Assembly: GCF_009914755.1 (NCBI RefSeq) | Contig: NC_060928.1 | DNA from: the human T2T-CHM13v2.0 reference genome, Homo sapiens | Direction: 5' to 3' (one strand) | Length of the DNA stretch: 64,000 bases | Part shown: positions 58,364 to 64,000 of the stretch, one piece after another | How positions within the stretch are numbered: position 1 is the first letter of the stretch | Layout of the letters: every line of letters starts with the position of its first letter | Translations under genes and position numbers: made by a program | Notes under the pieces: generated by a model | Databases searched by the model: none | What the model saw: the letters and a program-made list of their open reading frames with translations, nothing else | Told to the model about the DNA's origin: nothing

Positions 58364-60647
58364 AGCTCTATTTTTAAACTAATGACTGTGTACTTTTGAA
58401 CATAGTCCCTTATGTTATTATTTGTGTTTTAATGAATATCCTGGCAGGGAAAAGAAAGCCAACTCAATAAAATGAACTGTATTTTTAAACTCTTATGAAT
58501 CAGTTGTTCTAATACAGTATTATGCACTCATATATGACATTGAACTTATCAAATGTTTCTGTAAGGCACAAACAAAAAATTCAGTTTCCTTTTTCATTAT
58601 TATACTTGGATTAAATGCTCAAATATATTTTATGATGATTTTAATTTAGAAAGTATTGCCACTTTATTTTATTTTCAAGGGAGCTATCTGCAAGTAATTT
58701 TTTTTATGACTGAACCTCAATAAGTGGTTTGTGTGGGGAATTTGACCCTTGACAAGAACATGTTTGCAACTGATTAACAGGGAAAACAATCCAAGACTTA
58801 AGTCATCATTTTTGGATGTCAGAATGACTGACAGCCTCATATAATCAAAATGTTGCTTCAGTGTAAATTAAAGAATCAAAATCATGAGAAATTATTGCCA
58901 TATTTGGTGGAGGAGATATTCCTGAAAGGTATATAACATACTATCGCTAAGTTAGGAGGAGAAAGATAACATGGCAAAATATAAATTTAAATTTTGATTA
59001 GGAAAAAATATTTAAGATAATAATGAAATCTGTCCTCTCTCATCTGTGATATGATAAAAACTATACTGACTTAATTTCACTGAAAAGACTAAAAGATGAA
59101 AGAATTAAAGTGAAAAGTGCTATTACAGAACTCCTATTTCCCCAGCAATGGGGGTAATTAGTCACAGATCACTCTTTCGTTATTCTCAGTCTCACTCACT
59201 CCTACTTCGAAGGTCTTGCTTTTCACAACCATGAAGCTCTTCTGGGCTTCCCTCTCTCATAGGTAGATTATTTTCCTATCTTCAGCACCTCCCTATTCTT
59301 ACCTGTCCTGAGTAAAGGCTTCTGGTGTACTCTTCATTGACCAACATTTTTTTAAGTCACTTCACTCTCAACTTCAGAGCCTATAGCTTGTTGTTCCTAA
59401 TTGCCTATCAAATTCAAATTACAGTGGCAGCATTCAAAGCTTCCCGCACTGACTTGTACCTGCTTCTATAGGTTACTTACCATTACATCACTATTTACTA
59501 TCTGAGAAACAGATGTGCCACTTTTCTTGTTCTTTGTACACACAGCCCTCTGCTTTTGGTTATTCTTTAATGATATTTTGAAGAGAGTGGCTATTGTACT
59601 ATGCTAGGTTCCAGGGTGCAAATATGAACCAAACAAAGTCTCATTCTTTAAGGTTTGCAGGAATCAGTATATGACAAGCATAAGTGTCTGCAATTCTGTG
59701 TGGTAAGTGCAGTAATATAATTATAAATAAGTTGTAGGGTGGTAAAAAGAGAAATAAATATGAAGACAAATTTGTAACACTATTTTGTTCACATAACAAG
59801 CAGTTATTGTGGCTTATAAGTTCCATGAAGGCAAGAATTTTCTTTTGATTATGTAAGTACTTCAAAAGCATAGGTTGAATAAATTCACACTGAACATACT
59901 GTCAGATCCTTCTAAAGTGAGGAGTTACCCCTGAAATTTCATTTGATGTAGAGTTGATGATAATAGTATACTTGCTTTTTTAATTGTAAAACCACCATCT
60001 TGTGGTTGAAATCACCCTTGAGGAGGAGTAAGAAAACCTAGGGCTTTAGTCCTGACTTGTTCCTAATAAGCCATGTGACTTAGAACAAGGCATTTCACTA
60101 CACTGAGTGTCATCCATTTTCTCTCTACAATGAATAGGTTGAGCTAGATGTCCCTAATTTCTTATTCTGCTCTTACAATCTTTAATTCTCTGTGTCAGTA
60201 TTCCTTCATTCCTTCAACAGACACATACTAATAGAATCTACAGTGTGTATGCCACTAGATCTTAAGATTTGTTTATGTCACAGCTATTCAAATTTCATCA
60301 TTTCTAAACTGGGGCTGGATGTCTTGACAGCTGGAATCAGCAAAGGGATTAACCACCTAAGGTTAGTGCTCTGTGGTTTATTTTCCCACTTCTTTAACCC
60401 TGGAGACGTTGGCATGGGGAGAGAAACTTCAGCTCTTTGAGCATTCTCCTAGTCACACAGAAAAGCAGGAATCCACATCATGTTTGGCATGTTTGTTGAT
60501 AGTGAGACTCTGGAGTGACTGAGTGAAGACTGGAACTGAGCTAAGCTGACAGTTTGAGAGCTTAAAAGCATCGATTAGCTCATGTGTAAGAATCTGACCT
60601 TCTAACTTCCTCCATATTGTGGTTTTGGTTCCCATAATGAGAATTAT

Positions 60648-60696
60648 AAAAAAAAAAAAAAAAAGCAAAAAAAAAAAAAAAAAGAAAGAAAAGAAA
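60648..60696. repeat. A-rich tract A17-GC-A17-GAAAGAAAAGAAA
   Basis: Read directly from the sequence. Confidence 0.92.
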
Positions 60697-61945
60697 CCCT
60701 ATTCTTTTACACTGTGTAGTGATTATTCTACCAAAATAATAAAGGACATGAATTAATGTACACGAGTGAGTACAATTTTAAGAGTCTTACACACTAAGGA
60801 CTAAACTGACAAGGATACAGTCTGGGGATTGCATTTCATATGTGTCCTCAGTACACATTCCCATGTTAATCACCTGTGAAAGAATCAATTTCCAGTGAGA
60901 GATGAGCACAAATGCGTTTTGTGCTCTACTTATCAGGGTACCCATTGACAGATATTCATATTGCAGTTTTTAATTAGGTGACAAAGCAGCTTCACATACA
61001 TGGTAGTTGGTGCTAATGAAACTTTACATGAGGAACCAAAGGAAATTAAATAGATGTGAATATTATCATTTTTCACTTTTTCTTTTATTTGTGGTAACAA
61101 GAATGTGTGAATTGAAAATCTAAAGAAAAATAATAGTTGACTTAGTTTTAAACATGAAATATACTGAATAAGAAGTCACACTTGTAAATACAAAAGAGTA
61201 CTTTAATATTTTATTTTGACACTTTGTAACAATAACAGAAACACACCATGTTTATCTATTCTAACTCTCTAGCATTGTGATGAATGGGCCATAAAAAACC
61301 TACCAAGTAACGCTGGTTTTTTAAATAAAACTAAGTTCATATTTTATAGAGAAAAGGGTGACAATGCTTACCATTTTAAAATGTGTTATTATAGATATGA
61401 ATATGAAAAGAAGAGATAACCACCAGGGAAGTGAACTAGTATTATGCACTTTATTGTTACTTCACAACTTGAAGACTTTTGGACATGATGTGTTTGGCAA
61501 AGTTCATCAGATTTGCTGCAGTAAGTCAACTTTTGTCAAAATCTCATGTATCTGAATAATTCTCCCTTTAACTTAACTACTCTATTTTCTATTCCTTGTT
61601 TTTCTTCTTAAATATATTTGAGAATATATGATATTTAGTTAACAAAAATGTTTGCAACTTTAAAATTTCAGTGAAAAGTAACCATATAAATAATATAATT
61701 TCATAATAGCAAAGGGAGTCTTTCAGTAGGAAAACATTTACTCATGTATCATTTAAGTACTCTTACAGAAAACTATATTTTGATAATGTATATGAAAATT
61801 CCTAAACTTATATAAACAACAGCAATGATGAAAATTTGTAAACTCTATGTTATCTTTTCTGAGTTATTCTCTCTCTTATGATGAACTTCCTAGGAACTTA
61901 CCCCTATGATATTATGCAAAATTAAAATTATCAGCACTTGCAAAT

Positions 61946-61966
61946 TATATATATATATATATATAT
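61946..61966. repeat. (TA)n microsatellite
   Basis: About 10 TA units. Confidence 0.9.
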
Positions 61967-63766
61967 TTCTTATATCTTCCAAGAATGATGTAATTTCTTA
62001 CAGAATAATCCCATATTTTAATTTCTAATTTCCATTTATACCCCTAATCCACCAGCACTGTATTCTATATTTAACAAACATTCAATCAATACTTAGAATC
62101 ATCATGTTGCCCAAATCATATTGGAGCTGGCATATCTTTGATTATATTTATTTTTTAAGAAAAGTGTCACTGATATCCAAACATATTAATAAATACAATT
62201 CTTTATCTTAAAAATTTCAAATAATATCAAGAAATTTAGTTCATCATTAAAAAAAAGTTTTTCCTTTTTTCTACAGATAGAGGAAGAGTAGCGCTGGAGG
62301 CCATTGAAGGATTCTTTCTATGTAAGCTGTCTAAAATCTTTGTTAATTTGTCTGATTTTTATTATTACTGTGCCATAAATATTATAGATATATTTTATAT
62401 AAACATTTGTGACAAAAGAATTGATTTACCATCAATAATTTATCAATTTTATAAAAGTATGTGAGATCTTTTGAATAATCACCATTTGTGGGACACTTGC
62501 TTTGTCTTTATACAATTGTATTTTGTGTGTTGATATATGCGCATAATACTTATGCTTCTATCTATTTACCTGTCTTTCTAAATTACATATCAAATGGTAG
62601 ATGGTCAAGTAACTTATTGGGATGGTAAATAGAATGTAGTTCAGTGTAAACACAAACGGTAAAAAGCTGCTTAATAAATCATCAGAATATAATATGACAT
62701 GTAGCAGTCAGTTTTAAAACACATTTTTGAAATGTATGTTAGTGAATAATGAGAAATCTCTCCACTGGCTTTGAGAAAAAATTTATTTTGTTCTTTGCAT
62801 GCCCTAGAACATCTAGCCTTACCTTACACATAACAGATGGACAATGAACATGTGTTGGATGTATTTCTGACAATGTAGACAGAGTGGCATGTAATATGAT
62901 TTATGGAATAAAGAGAAACAAACAGTCTTGACCAGAGGGAGAGAGGATGACAAAAAGTCTGTTTCACAGTAATTTCTCATTAATGGTGATGCTACTTTCT
63001 CAGCCGACTGCTTGGCAGGGGACTATCTGATCTGCTCTCTGCAGCCAGCCTATTGATTTTGTGGGTCGATGTAATCTGATGCATAAAGAGGCAAGAAAAT
63101 GGGAGGCAACATTTGCCTAGATAACTGCCAAGAAGCAGATAGTTTACATTTGATGCATCCAGGCTAAGTGGCCCCACATGAAGTTGAATTATTAGTAAAG
63201 CAATCCTAACACTGACAATTCTCTTTTTCAGTAGGTCTAATATTAGTGAAAGATCTGTTAGATTTAAAGAAAAGTGAAGATATGCTTGAGAGGTTAACTC
63301 TATATGGATACAAGGTGAAAATTGCTTTTCCTTTCTTATATACACAATGTTGCACATATACATATCAAAGTCTAATTATAAATCTTAGATTCCAGTGGCT
63401 CTAGGTTTTTATTTCCCTAGATATCTACTGTCTAACCATTTTACTGCTAGTTAGTGCTCACACTGCATGCAAGTTAAAATGATTAGCTTGGAGAAGACAC
63501 CAACAATAAAACAACATCTTCAAAGCAAAAATGTTAAACCAACCAAGCAACCAACCAAACAAAAACCCAGAAAAGCAAGCAAAAAATGCAAACAATTCAT
63601 AAAATAAGCAAAAATTGTTGAGGAAGAGGATAAAAGTATTGTATAAAAGAGGATTTTGTGTTAAATTCCAGTTTTAATATGTCCAGCAGAGTGCCTAACA
63701 CAAATTATACACTCACAAATTGCTAGTTTCTTTCCTTCCACCCCAAGAGAGAATGTTAAATGTTAC

Positions 63767-63949
63767 CTGCCATAGAGGGTCTTTCTGCTCAGGGAAGAGC
63801 TCAAAATACTGGTGGGCCAGTTGCACTGGAGGCAGAGTTTGCAATTTCAGGTTGGTCCAGCTCTGCACAAAGTTGACCAAGTTCACAAAGGTATATAACC
63901 CTAGGCGGTCATTTCCATAGTTTGATAAATGGGTCATGAAAATGCTGAT
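63767..63949 (-). CDS. NDST4: NDST4 coding exon (approx. exon 7), [21 protein letters not shown]...KDPLWQ
   Basis: 183 nt (61 codons) with acceptor ttatctttcag and donor CAG/GTAACA. Contains the NDST-family motif [12 protein letters not shown]; [10 protein letters not shown] matches NDST4 rather than NDST3 as I recall them. Confidence 0.96.
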
Positions 63950-64000
63950 CTGAAAGATAAATAAAAATGACCACAAAAATATCATATGCTTAAGCTTAAA

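Noticed and set aside
62992-63363. 123-aa minus-strand ORF
   Set aside because: No domain similarity or convincing splice sites; length is compatible with chance.

Overview
Human (primate) genomic DNA, AT-rich and repeat-dense, with no prokaryotic features. The minus strand carries the last eight coding exons of NDST4 (heparan sulfate N-deacetylase/N-sulfotransferase 4). Numbered back from the last exon, and assuming the 14-exon structure I recall, these are exons 7-14. They splice with GT-AG boundaries and matching phases into 1083 nt (360 aa + TAG), covering the end of the deacetylase region and the whole sulfotransferase domain. Positions 1-~17.4 kb lie downstream of the gene. The rest is intron and transposable elements: an internally deleted L1PB-like element, a 5'-inverted L1PA, an L1MA, ten Alus including young AluYb8 and AluYa5 copies, an ERVL pol/dUTPase remnant with its LTR, MaLR/MLT1 elements, L2, MIR and MER DNA transposons. 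I found no new protein-coding system. The best leads are regulatory or structural: young Alus forming inverted pairs around sulfotransferase exons, a possible long 3'UTR with a palindromic bidirectional poly(A) signal, and several templated-duplication scars. Repeat subfamily names are recalled from consensus sequences, not from a search.
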